Of a stretch of DNA of 64,000 nucleotides, positions 30,286 to 38,202 are shown one piece after another. How positions within the stretch are numbered: position 1 is the stretch's first letter; each line of letters opens with the position of its first letter. A program made the translations under genes and the position numbers. This DNA is from Candidatus Aenigmatarchaeota archaeon (GTDB lineage Archaea > Aenigmatarchaeota > Aenigmatarchaeia > Aenigmatarchaeales > Aenigmatarchaeaceae), in assembly GCA_043814985.1 (NCBI GenBank), contig JBDRJK010000019.1, forward strand, positions 1-64,000. Reading direction: 5' to 3'. The notes under the pieces were generated by a model, which was given only the letters and a program-made list of their open reading frames with translations, was not told the origin of the DNA and ran no database searches.

Positions 30286-30521
30286 ATCTGATATGGGTTT
30301 ATCTCTTCTCTTTGTATAGCATGATTAGCTTTAGCAATAGCTAGCGATGAAATCATGTGATCGAGTATGGATTAGGGCGATGACTGCACCGCCCCCTTTA
30401 GAATATCTATATATGATAGATAATTCGGGTGTAACTTATGAGCCAATTTTCAATCGATGCTGTGATGAATTGACATTAACTGTCTTGATGAACAGCAAAG
30501 ATTTTCCATATCAGACGACAA
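30286..30521 (+). other. Archaeal BHB-type intron in 23S rRNA helix 93 loop (after E. coli G2597)
   Basis: GTCG-TGA-TCTGATATGG ... CCATATCAGA-CGAC-AAA. Cleavage after the second nucleotide of each bulge restores the conserved GTCGTG|AGACAG. Confidence 0.9.
30371..30447 (+). ncRNA. Intron-encoded box C/D guide RNA; predicted to guide Gm2251
   Basis: C GCGATGA 30377-30383; guide ACCGCCCC 30388-30395 pairs with GGGGCGGT 29936-29943; D' TAGA 30399; C' TAGATAA 30417; second guide 30424-30437; D ATGA 30438. Confidence 0.65.
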
Positions 30522-30889
30522 AGACAGTACGGTCTCTAACTACTGAGGGTGTTATTACCTGACTCTAAGGAAGAATGAGTACGAAAGGAACGTTCTTCCG
30601 TGGCCTCTGGTTAACCGGTTATCTTTTGGTAACGCCGGGTAGCTACGCCATAGCTTTTAACAGCTGAAAGCATCTAAGCTGGAAATTGCCGGGAAAAATA
30701 GGTAATTGGCACAGATAGACTATCTGTTTAATGGGACAGGGATGTAAGCACGAAGCTTCGGCGACGTGTTCAGTTCACTGTTTCCAAGCCTTTTAGCTCA
30801 GACCCCTTTAATTGCCTCTGCTGGTAAAATCTCATTGGTTTTACCGCTTAGCGTTAGCTATATAAAGCTTTAGTTTTAACTATTAGGAA

Positions 30890-31360
30890 GTGATAAATAT
30901 GACAACTGAAGCAATATTAGTTAGCGAAGAAGGTTTGGGAATTTCAGAAAAGGCACTTTTTAATTGTAATGCATCATATCAAAGTGAATTGAACAATGCT
31001 AGTTCTTGTGCTCAAGAAGGAAAGATAGAAGGAGCCACATATCATTTGGTCAAAGCTCAATCTTATGCTCAAAAAATGCTTCTGAATGTTCCTGAAGAAA
31101 AAGGTAAAAAAAATATAACAGATGCCTTTGAAAATGCGTTTAGTAAGACCCTGGATGTTGCAGAAAACCTGAAAGTCGATGATATCGCACTCTTAGGAAG
31201 AACAATGGATGAAATGGCTTATTTAGCTAAAAACTTTCCAGGAAATAAATTAAGAAAACTCGCATTGATTAGGAAAGTTGAGGACACTGATAAAAAATTA
31301 AGCACAGAGTATAAGAAATACGTTTCAGAAGTTAGCAAGATTGTAGAAGGCTCTAAGTAA
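30890..31360 (+). CDS. Hypothetical alpha-helical protein
   Basis: 156-aa ORF preceded by a TATA-like element; no recognised motif. Confidence 0.6.
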   Translation: MINMTTEAILVSEEGLGISEKALFNCNASYQSELNNASSCAQEGKIEGATYHLVKAQSYAQKMLLNVPEEKGKKNITDAFENAFSKTLDVAENLKVDDIALLGRTMDEMAYLAKNFPGNKLRKLALIRKVEDTDKKLSTEYKKYVSEVSKIVEGSK

Positions 31361-31430
31361 AGAAAACATTTTTTCTAAATTTTTAATGATACTAGACATT
31401 TTTATAAACTTCTGTCTCTTTAATGATGTT

Positions 31431-31493
31431 ATGTGTTGCTGTTGCGGATGCAAGGACAAGAAGAAGACTACAAAGAAGAAGAAAAAGAAATAG
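31431..31493 (+). CDS. Putative 20-aa Cys/Lys-rich micropeptide MCCCCGCKDKKKTTKKKKKK
   Basis: Translated by hand; TTTTATAAA about 25-30 nt upstream and a T-run after the stop. Confidence 0.45.
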   Translation: MCCCCGCKDKKKTTKKKKKK

Positions 31494-31538
31494 TTTTTAA
31501 CCATCGCCCTTTTATATTTTACTTTCATTCTATTAGCT

Positions 31539-31694
31539 ATGAAAGAGGTAATTGTTCGCATTACTGAAAAACAATTAGAAGGTCTGGACCAGTTAGTAGA
31601 AAAAGGACATTATCATTGTAGATCATCAGCCATAAGAACAGCTGTCAGGGACATGTTACAGATTGAATACTTTAGCAAGCAAAAAGAAAGATGA
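31539..31694 (+). CDS. Ribbon-helix-helix (CopG/Arc-MetJ) regulator, 51 aa
   Basis: Hand translation: MKEVIVRITEKQLEGLDQLVEKGHYHCRSSAIRTAVRDML. Confidence 0.8.
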   Translation: MKEVIVRITEKQLEGLDQLVEKGHYHCRSSAIRTAVRDMLQIEYFSKQKER

Positions 31695-31742
31695 ATTTCT
31701 AAAAACAATTAATTTTTTATATTTTACTTTCATTCTCTAGTT

Positions 31743-31976
31743 ATGAGACAAGAAAGAGGAATGGAGACAGCAGACCTTCCAGAACCTCACATTGCTGCTC
31801 TTGACAGATTAGTAGAGGAAGGGTGTTATTCTAGCAGAGGAAGAGCTATAACAGTAGCTGTAAACATTTTTATAAATCGACACGTGATTTATGGTCATAT
31901 CAAAAGGCCAAAAGTTAAGAAAAATCCTGCTGATGAAAACCAATACAACGTGAGCATAGGAAGTCTTTTTAAATAA
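31743..31976 (+). CDS. Ribbon-helix-helix regulator, paralog of the preceding gene
   Basis: LPEPHIAALDRLVEEGCYSSRGRAITVAV. Confidence 0.75.
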   Translation: MRQERGMETADLPEPHIAALDRLVEEGCYSSRGRAITVAVNIFINRHVIYGHIKRPKVKKNPADENQYNVSIGSLFK

Positions 31977-31995
31977 TTGCAATTAATTCTTTAGA

Positions 31996-32263
31996 GTGGG
32001 CTGGGTAGACAGCTGCCCCTGTTAAGGGAGGAAATTCCATCCACCATTAGCCTCAAAGGCTTGCCGTCCCTCGGGATTAGGCTGAAAAGCTTAGGTGTCC
32101 AATAGGGCTTCATGTTCGACTTGGACGATGCTGGCAAGGTGCAAGACCAAACAGCTCTGATGACGAAAGAGGAGCGGGTAGGTTGCATCAGACGAATGCT
32201 GTCAAGCAGGAGTGATTGTTTTTACAGGATCTGCTCACAGAAGATGGATTATGCCCAGGCCAC
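31996..32263 (+). ncRNA. rnpB: RNase P RNA
   Basis: GAGGAAATTCCATC (32028-32041) and ACAGAAGATGGATTAT (32237-32252) form the P4 pseudoknot; P1 is GTGGGCTGGGTA/TGCCCAGGCCAC; T-run follows. Confidence 0.9.
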
Positions 32264-32462
32264 GACTATTTTTGTTCTATATGTAGACGTTTAACTGGCT
32301 GTTGGCTTAAGCGTTATAAAAATCTTGTCATTAGGAGACGACTTCTGCTATTATATAGTTTTGAACATAGTTATTAGAACTTAAAACTACACATATATCA
32401 AAACATCTAGCGTACATTATATGACTCATTTAATCAAAGAAAAAATATTTAGGTGATACAGA

Positions 32463-33005
32463 ATGGCCTTTAAAATAAAAATACAGAACATTGTTGCATG
32501 CGCTTCTTTAGGCATTAAGATAAATCTTGATAAAGTTATGTCTAAAATTGATAATACTGAGTATGAACCAAACCAGTTTCCTGGTCTGGTTTTGAGATTA
32601 AAACAACCAAAGGCAGCTGCTTTGATTTTTTCTTCGGGTAAAATTGTTTGCACGGGTGCCAAGTCTCCGAAAGAGGCAAAAATAGCTATATCAAAGGTTG
32701 TTAAAAAGCTTGGGGGAATAGGATTCAAAGCTCCTGAAAAATATAAGGTCAATTTAGTAAATATTGTTGCTTCAACGAAGCTTGATTTGAAAATAAATTT
32801 GAATAATATAGCATTTAATTTAGAGAATACGGAATACGAACCCAATCAGTTCCCAGGTTTGGTTTATAGAATGAGCGACCCCAAGGCTACATTCTTGTTG
32901 TTCGGTGGTGGCAGTGTTATTTGTACAGGAGCTAAAAATGTTGCAGATGTAAGAAGGAGTATAGAAAAACTTTATAATGTTTTAAAGGAATTAAAGTGTG
33001 ATTAA
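32463..33005 (+). CDS. tbp: TATA-box binding protein
   Basis: Two repeats of NIVA...EYEPNQFPGLV...CTGAK. Confidence 0.96.
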   Translation: MAFKIKIQNIVACASLGIKINLDKVMSKIDNTEYEPNQFPGLVLRLKQPKAAALIFSSGKIVCTGAKSPKEAKIAISKVVKKLGGIGFKAPEKYKVNLVNIVASTKLDLKINLNNIAFNLENTEYEPNQFPGLVYRMSDPKATFLLFGGGSVICTGAKNVADVRRSIEKLYNVLKELKCD

Positions 33006-33112
33006 CTCTCTTTGTTTTTTTAGATACTCTTATTCCCAGCACACGACTTCTTTTTGAGTCTAAACAATAGATATATAAACATTATTTTACTTTATTTTAA
33101 TAGTGAGTTAAT

Positions 33113-33271
33113 ATGACTTTGGAAGAAGACCTTTCATTAAAGAGTAAAAATGTAGTTGTTTCTGCAGAGAATGTAGTGTATGAAGTTGACGGTCCTTTGA
33201 CAAAAAAGAAAAAGAAATATAACGCACCAGATTTTAGAGAAATTTTGGTTACGGCCATGTCTCATTGTTGA
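33113..33271 (+). CDS. Putative RiPP precursor peptide 1 (52 aa)
   Basis: Hand translation: MTLEEDLSLKSKNVVVSAENVVYEVDGPLTKKKKKYNAPDFREILVTAMSHC. YxxP motif; ends 11 nt before the PqqD gene. Confidence 0.65.
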   Translation: MTLEEDLSLKSKNVVVSAENVVYEVDGPLTKKKKKYNAPDFREILVTAMSHC

Positions 33272-33282
33272 AGTGATTCCCT

Positions 33283-33546
33283 ATGAAGCAGACGACAGAC
33301 CTTAACTCTAATCTTATTGTTAGAACAAAATTAAAGAAAGTGAATGATGTATACATTCTCCCCCCTGGCTATATTCTGAACGAAACAGGGGTAAAGGTGA
33401 TAGAATATTGTGATGGCAGACATAGCGTTAAAGACATCATCATGCTAATTTCAAGGGAATATAATGAAAGACCCACGGTTGTAAAAAAAGACGTGATGAA
33501 ATTTATCAAAAGATTATTGTTTTTGTCCGCATTGAAGGTGGTATGA
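33283..33546 (+). CDS. PqqD-family RiPP recognition element
   Basis: LNETGVKVIEYCDGRHSVKDII...DVMKFIKRL. Confidence 0.85.
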   Translation: MKQTTDLNSNLIVRTKLKKVNDVYILPPGYILNETGVKVIEYCDGRHSVKDIIMLISREYNERPTVVKKDVMKFIKRLLFLSALKVV

Positions 33547-33547
33547 A

Positions 33548-34687
33548 TTGAACAATGATGTAATTGTGACAGGTAGAGAAATAAAAAAGTTGTTCAAAAA
33601 GTATCCGCTGGTAAGGCTGGCCATATCTGTTACTAACTGCTGTAATTTGAGGTGTATCCATTGCAGTCAGAACGCGGGGAATGCACTAAAAGAGGAATAT
33701 TCCATCTCGGATCTTAAGCAAATAATAAAGGACACATGCGATGAAGGGTTATGTACTGTTGGAATTACTGGTGGCGAGCCGACCATTAGAAAGGACTTGT
33801 TGTCCATAATGAGATATGCTGACAGGAAGGATATTAGCCTAGTTTTGAACACTAACGGTACTTTGATAACTAGGAAAATGGCCAAGGACATATCAAAACT
33901 GTCCAATCTGAGGATTGTTGCTGTTAGCTTAGACGGTTCAAACCCGAAGACGCATGACAATATAAGAGGAGTTAGCAGGGCTTTCTCAAGAACGATAAAA
34001 GGTATAAAGAATCTGGTATCTGAGGGAGTTGAAGTCACTCTAGCATATACCATAATGAACAGAAACAAAGGAGAAATTGAAGACTTGATAAAACTGGCAA
34101 AGAAGTTGAAAGTTTCAATTGTGAGATTTCTGTTTATGGAGAATTTCGGACGCGCCAAGACGAACTCCGAAGAAATAGTTCCTTATCTAGAGCGTCGGAA
34201 TATCATTGCAAGGATAAATAGATTGTATAAAAAATACAAGAAAAATTTAACTATATGGGTCTATGCACCTCCTTCATTGCTGCCTAAATTTTTGAGAGAC
34301 AGTATGCCGTATACTGCTGGTTGCCTTCCGGGTGTTACAATTTGCGATTTGCTAGCTGACGGCACTATGTATCCTTGTTTAGGTCTTGTTGATTTTCCAG
34401 AGATGAAGATCGGAAATGTCTTGGACAAAAACATTTTAAAACTGTGGAATGGATCAAAAGTTTTAACCCAGTTCAGGAAGGTAACCCCACAGAAGCTGAA
34501 AGGCGTCTGTAGAGATTGCTATTTCTTGCTAAATTGTATGGGACATTGTAGGGCCGCGGCATACACTTTCGGGGGAAGTATTTTTGCACCTAATCCATGG
34601 TGTCAAGAGTATTTTGATAATAATAAATTCCCTAAAAAATATTACAAGAAGGGAAGACTAAAAATTAGAGATAGAAAGACCTCATAA
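33548..34687 (+). CDS. Radical SAM/SPASM peptide maturase
   Basis: CNLRCIHC, TGGEP, and a full SPASM domain (GC...YPC...CRDC...C..HC...PWC). Confidence 0.92.
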   Translation: MNNDVIVTGREIKKLFKKYPLVRLAISVTNCCNLRCIHCSQNAGNALKEEYSISDLKQIIKDTCDEGLCTVGITGGEPTIRKDLLSIMRYADRKDISLVLNTNGTLITRKMAKDISKLSNLRIVAVSLDGSNPKTHDNIRGVSRAFSRTIKGIKNLVSEGVEVTLAYTIMNRNKGEIEDLIKLAKKLKVSIVRFLFMENFGRAKTNSEEIVPYLERRNIIARINRLYKKYKKNLTIWVYAPPSLLPKFLRDSMPYTAGCLPGVTICDLLADGTMYPCLGLVDFPEMKIGNVLDKNILKLWNGSKVLTQFRKVTPQKLKGVCRDCYFLLNCMGHCRAAAYTFGGSIFAPNPWCQEYFDNNKFPKKYYKKGRLKIRDRKTS

Positions 34688-34842
34688 CATTCTTTTATCA
34701 CTACCTTTAAGTTATAAACAATTAGCTTTAAATACTCCCAGAACATATCTATCTAAAGTAAAGTACAAAGTTGTTAAAAAATAGCGTTAGTTTATTATAC
34801 TAATTCTATGACTTTTGTGACTTTAGTAAAAAACATTAAGGA

Positions 34843-36087
34843 ATGATGGAAATGAAATTTGAAAATATGAATATAGAGCAGTCTATAAAAGACTCTCTAA
34901 ACAATCTGGGTTTTGAGAACCCAACCGAGATACAGGTTGAAACAATACCGTTGATAAAGGAAGGTCATGATGTTATTGGCCAGTCAGAGACAGGGTCAGG
35001 AAAGACCGCTGCCTTCGGCATACCCATTGTGGACAAAGTGGAAAAAGGAAAAGGTATACAAGCAATAATCCTTGCCCCCACAAGGGAACTGGCCAAGCAG
35101 ATATCCAAGGACTTGGAAAGCTACTCACGCCTAAAACAATTGTACGTGCAGACCGTCTACGGAGGCGTTGCAATGATGCCCCAGGTCTCCGGATTGAGAA
35201 AGGCTGACATTGTTGTCGGCACTCCAGGAAGGATGATGGACCACATGAGAAGGGGGACAATCGATACAAGGAATTTGAAATTCTTTGTATTAGATGAAGC
35301 AGACAAGATGATTGATATGGGCTTCATAGAGGACATAGAAGAAATAGAAAGACAAGTCCCTAAAGAAAGGCAGACATTGCTTTTCAGCGCTACAATGTCC
35401 TCAAGATTAGAGGATATTAGAAACAGGTTCACCAACAATGCCAAGAAGATCAAGACTAAGAACAAGGTGAGCGACGAAGTCCTGAAGCAGTACTACTGCG
35501 ACACAGACCCGAGAAGCAAGTTCTCCCTATTGGTTCACTTGATTAACGAGGAGAATCCAAGTCTGTCAATAGTCTTCTGTAATACAAGAAGGACAGCCGA
35601 CGAGATATGCATGAACCTTAATTCGAACAAGGTTGATGCCATGGCTCTTCACGGCGGATTAACACAGGACAAGAGGGAGAGAACGCTTGAGGCGTTCCAC
35701 AAAGGAAAAATGAGGATTCTAGTTGCGACAAACGTTGCTGCTAGAGGACTGGATATAAAGGACGTTTCCCACGTGTTCAACTACAACATACCTCAGGACA
35801 AAGAGGACTATGCGAACAGGATAGGCAGGACAGCAAGAGCAGGAAAAAGCGGTAAGGCAATATCGCTCCTGTGCAGGGAAGATCACGAGCCTTTCAGAAG
35901 AATAAACAGAGCATTCTCCTACGATGTTGAGAAACTTGTTATCAAGGACTTCAAGAATTTGCCCTTCAAGAGAAGTGGTCCGAGCAGGGAAGGCTTTAGG
36001 AGAGGCGGCTTCGGCAACAGGGCCGGGAACAACAGATTCGGGAACAGCAGGTTCGGCGGGAGAAGGTTTGGAAGCAGAAGGTTTTAA
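34843..36087 (+). CDS. DEAD-box RNA helicase
   Basis: TGSGKT, PTRELA, DEAD, SAT, ARGLD and RIGRTAR motifs; R/G/F-rich tail. Confidence 0.95.
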   Translation: MMEMKFENMNIEQSIKDSLNNLGFENPTEIQVETIPLIKEGHDVIGQSETGSGKTAAFGIPIVDKVEKGKGIQAIILAPTRELAKQISKDLESYSRLKQLYVQTVYGGVAMMPQVSGLRKADIVVGTPGRMMDHMRRGTIDTRNLKFFVLDEADKMIDMGFIEDIEEIERQVPKERQTLLFSATMSSRLEDIRNRFTNNAKKIKTKNKVSDEVLKQYYCDTDPRSKFSLLVHLINEENPSLSIVFCNTRRTADEICMNLNSNKVDAMALHGGLTQDKRERTLEAFHKGKMRILVATNVAARGLDIKDVSHVFNYNIPQDKEDYANRIGRTARAGKSGKAISLLCREDHEPFRRINRAFSYDVEKLVIKDFKNLPFKRSGPSREGFRRGGFGNRAGNNRFGNSRFGGRRFGSRRF

Positions 36088-36111
36088 AAACCTTAAGTGG
36101 TAATGATAGGT

Positions 36112-36276
36112 ATGGCTGAAAAGAAGCAGATGAGAGCACCATCAGGCATGGCAGGCTTAGTGAAATACGAGGACGAGGGAGATAGCCTAATAAAAATGAA
36201 GCCTATTCATGTTGTAGGCATAGCTGTTGGTCTGATTGTCTTTGAAATGATAATGTTCTTAGCAATTCCACTTTAG
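36112..36276 (+). CDS. secG: Preprotein translocase subunit Sec61beta/SecG
   Basis: Hand translation: MAEKKQMRAPSGMAGLVKYEDEGDSLIKMKPIHVV followed by a TM helix. Confidence 0.88.
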   Translation: MAEKKQMRAPSGMAGLVKYEDEGDSLIKMKPIHVVGIAVGLIVFEMIMFLAIPL

Positions 36277-36316
36277 AAATCATAACATCTTTATAAGAGG
36301 AAAACAAATATTCTAT

Positions 36317-36937
36317 ATGATTGACTTTAGGCTCTGGAAAGACGCGCTATTAAAGCCAGAGAAAACCTTTAGTAAAGAAAAATCAAAAGCAAGCCTTACC
36401 AAGGCAATGAAAAATATCTTTGTGGCAGGAATAATAGCAGGCGTCATAACCACTATTAGAGCTTTTAATTTGACCGAACTCTTGTCCAACATTATTCTGA
36501 GCCCTATAGCATCAATCCTTGGTCTACTATTAATCTCTGGTTTATACTACATATTTGCCAAGCTTCTTGGAGGAAAGGGAGCCTACACAGTGCAGACTTA
36601 TTTGATATCACTGTATACTGCTCCACTTTCAATCATAGGATCATTGATAGCATTGCTAGTCCCAGCAACACCAACCATGGGCGAAATAACCGTAGGCTTT
36701 TTGGCACCGTTTATTGTTTTCTTTTTACTAGCACTTGTACTATTTTTATATACCCTGTATCTGCTGACGCTTGCCTTGAAAGAGACCCACAAGTACACTG
36801 TTTGGAGGGCAATTTTGTCATGGCTGTTGGTAATCTTAATAATGGTTTTAGTCTTAATGGCACTGGTAGGCGTTGCCTTTATGGCTTTTATGGGTGGCTT
36901 CTCACCTATCTCAGAAATACCACAGCTTCTGGTTTGA
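36317..36937 (+). CDS. Yip1-family membrane protein
   Basis: LLKPEKTF and AKLLGGKG motifs; about 5 TM helices. Confidence 0.8.
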   Translation: MIDFRLWKDALLKPEKTFSKEKSKASLTKAMKNIFVAGIIAGVITTIRAFNLTELLSNIILSPIASILGLLLISGLYYIFAKLLGGKGAYTVQTYLISLYTAPLSIIGSLIALLVPATPTMGEITVGFLAPFIVFFLLALVLFLYTLYLLTLALKETHKYTVWRAILSWLLVILIMVLVLMALVGVAFMAFMGGFSPISEIPQLLV

Positions 36938-36962
36938 TTCTAGACGAACCTTGCAAGATAGT

Positions 36963-37463
36963 CTAATGTTTTTTCATGTAGTCAATAACAACCTGGTCAA
37001 CCCTTTTTGGTAATGTAGGTATAAGCCTTTTAGTTATGCTGTTTTTCGTTCCCCAATCTAAATTTGTTGGCAGATTTTGTGCTATTCTTTTACCAACTAG
37101 TGTTTCGTCCCCAATCACGTATGCTATTTTTTTACGATTTAACTTACCAAGAATATCACTCGAATAATGTTTATGTTTGAGAGTACATTTTCCCAGTGAT
37201 ACATAAAGAGTATTAACAGGACCCCTTCTCTCCAGCTTTCTTATTAACCCACTCGTGATGCGGACAGGTTTTCCTAAAGTCTCAGCAACTTCTTCTATTG
37301 TCAGGGGATTTCTCTTTAGAAGTCTGAAAATCTCATCCTGAGCTGGAGTTGGATATCCCTTCCTCCCTCTACCTTCATCAACTTCTTCCAAATCATCCAA
37401 ATAAGTTAGTTCTCCAAAATCAATCATAAGCCTAAATTGCAAAGAAAGCTTTAAGTGCTTCAC
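36963..37463 (-). CDS. Winged-helix domain hypothetical protein
   Basis: IFRLLKRNPLTIEEVAETLG...LIRKLERRG; start codon uncertain. Confidence 0.6.
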   Translation of the reverse strand: MKHLKLSLQFRLMIDFGELTYLDDLEEVDEGRGRKGYPTPAQDEIFRLLKRNPLTIEEVAETLGKPVRITSGLIRKLERRGPVNTLYVSLGKCTLKHKHYSSDILGKLNRKKIAYVIGDETLVGKRIAQNLPTNLDWGTKNSITKRLIPTLPKRVDQVVIDYMKKH

Positions 37464-37515
37464 TACCCTCGGTGGTAAGGAAGCAATAATCTGCTACTCC
37501 TTTCTATTATTCTTC

Positions 37516-37989
37516 ATGATAGAAAATAAGGTTGTGTTTGTCCCGCATTGTATTCTAAATCCTGCTATAAGGAATAATTCAAAATCAACAAAAGAAATTA
37601 TAGAACTTTTCACGAAATCAGATATAGGTATAATCCAATTGCCTTGTCCTGAATCGGAATACAATGGAAAACTGGTAAAACAATCAAAGAACAAAGAAAA
37701 ATACAGAGTTCATTGTAAGAAACTTTCCTTAAAGGTTATGAAAGATATTAGAAAATACTTGGATGCTAATTATAAGGTTCTTGGAATTTTGGGCGTTGAG
37801 TTTTCACCTACGTGTGGAGTCCATAGAATAAGAAATGGCAAAAGGAACGTTCCTGGAAAGGGCATTTTCATAGAGGAGTTGGAGAATGAAATGCAGAAAA
37901 ATAATTTCCAAGTGCCCCTTATAACGACAAACCTTCAAAACATTTTTTCAACTCTAGAGAAAATGAGTTTGCTAATAAAAAATTGTTGA
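37516..37989 (+). CDS. DUF523-like (2-thiouracil desulfurase-like) Fe-S protein
   Basis: HCILN, QLPCPE, SPTCG and GKGIFIEEL motifs. Confidence 0.7.
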   Translation: MIENKVVFVPHCILNPAIRNNSKSTKEIIELFTKSDIGIIQLPCPESEYNGKLVKQSKNKEKYRVHCKKLSLKVMKDIRKYLDANYKVLGILGVEFSPTCGVHRIRNGKRNVPGKGIFIEELENEMQKNNFQVPLITTNLQNIFSTLEKMSLLIKNC

Positions 37990-37998
37990 GGTGATAAT

Positions 37999-38202
37999 AT
38001 GGATGAATATATTATGAAAGATTCAGTCGGATATTCGCAGAGATCGTATCTGCAGCCTTCAGTCTCTTATTTCGGTGGGAACTTGGAGGCAGGGGAAAAC
38101 ACAGTCTCTGTACTGGCTAAAACAGCAGCTGCAATCGCTCTGGCGCTTGTCGGACTTGCTGCAACAGCGGCAAGAGGGTCTGAGAGCCCTCTAGATGGGT
38201 GA
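37999..38202 (+). CDS. Putative RiPP precursor peptide 2 (67 aa)
   Basis: GAGGTGA ribosome-binding site; YLQPSVSYFG leader motif; Ala/Leu-rich core; overlaps the radical SAM start. Confidence 0.65.
   Translation: MDEYIMKDSVGYSQRSYLQPSVSYFGGNLEAGENTVSVLAKTAAAIALALVGLAATAARGSESPLDG

Larger units (their letters stand above)
27643..30804 (+). rRNA. rrl: 23S rRNA (ends approximate; interrupted by an intron at 30286-30521)
   Basis: Conserved LSU motifs: GAACTGAAGCATCTTAGTA, TTAAGGTAGC, GAAGACCCCGTGGA, GGGGATAA, AGTACGAAAGGAAC (sarcin-ricin loop), GCTGAAAGCATCTAAG. Confidence 0.98.
27621..30826 (+). other. 23S processing stem with canonical bulge-helix-bulge
   Basis: 27621-27635 pairs with 30812-30826; AAGG/CCTT 4-bp helix; bulges TAG (27640-27642) and TAA (30809-30811); GGTCTGAGC pairs with GCTCAGACC. 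Confidence 0.9.

Noticed and set aside
30459..30496. GTGATGA...TTGA unit in the intron as a guide for the adjacent exon (ACTGTC vs GACAGT)
   Set aside because: Only 6 bp, and the segment folds on itself (GACA/TGTC); more likely a guide-less K-turn hairpin.
30286..30521. Group I intron interpretation of the 23S insert
   Set aside because: No recognisable P7 core or terminal G; BHB geometry explains the junction exactly.
27924..30562. Short ORFs within 27.9-30.6 kb, including the 71-aa ORF crossing the intron
   Set aside because: They lie in the 23S rRNA. The intron ORF runs into the exon and has no homing-endonuclease motif.
31991..32294. ORFs 31991-32188 (-) and 32112-32294 (+)
   Set aside because: They overlap the RNase P RNA.
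35995..36087. Short repeats at the end of the helicase gene
   Set aside because: They encode the ordinary R/G/F-rich tail of DEAD-box proteins.
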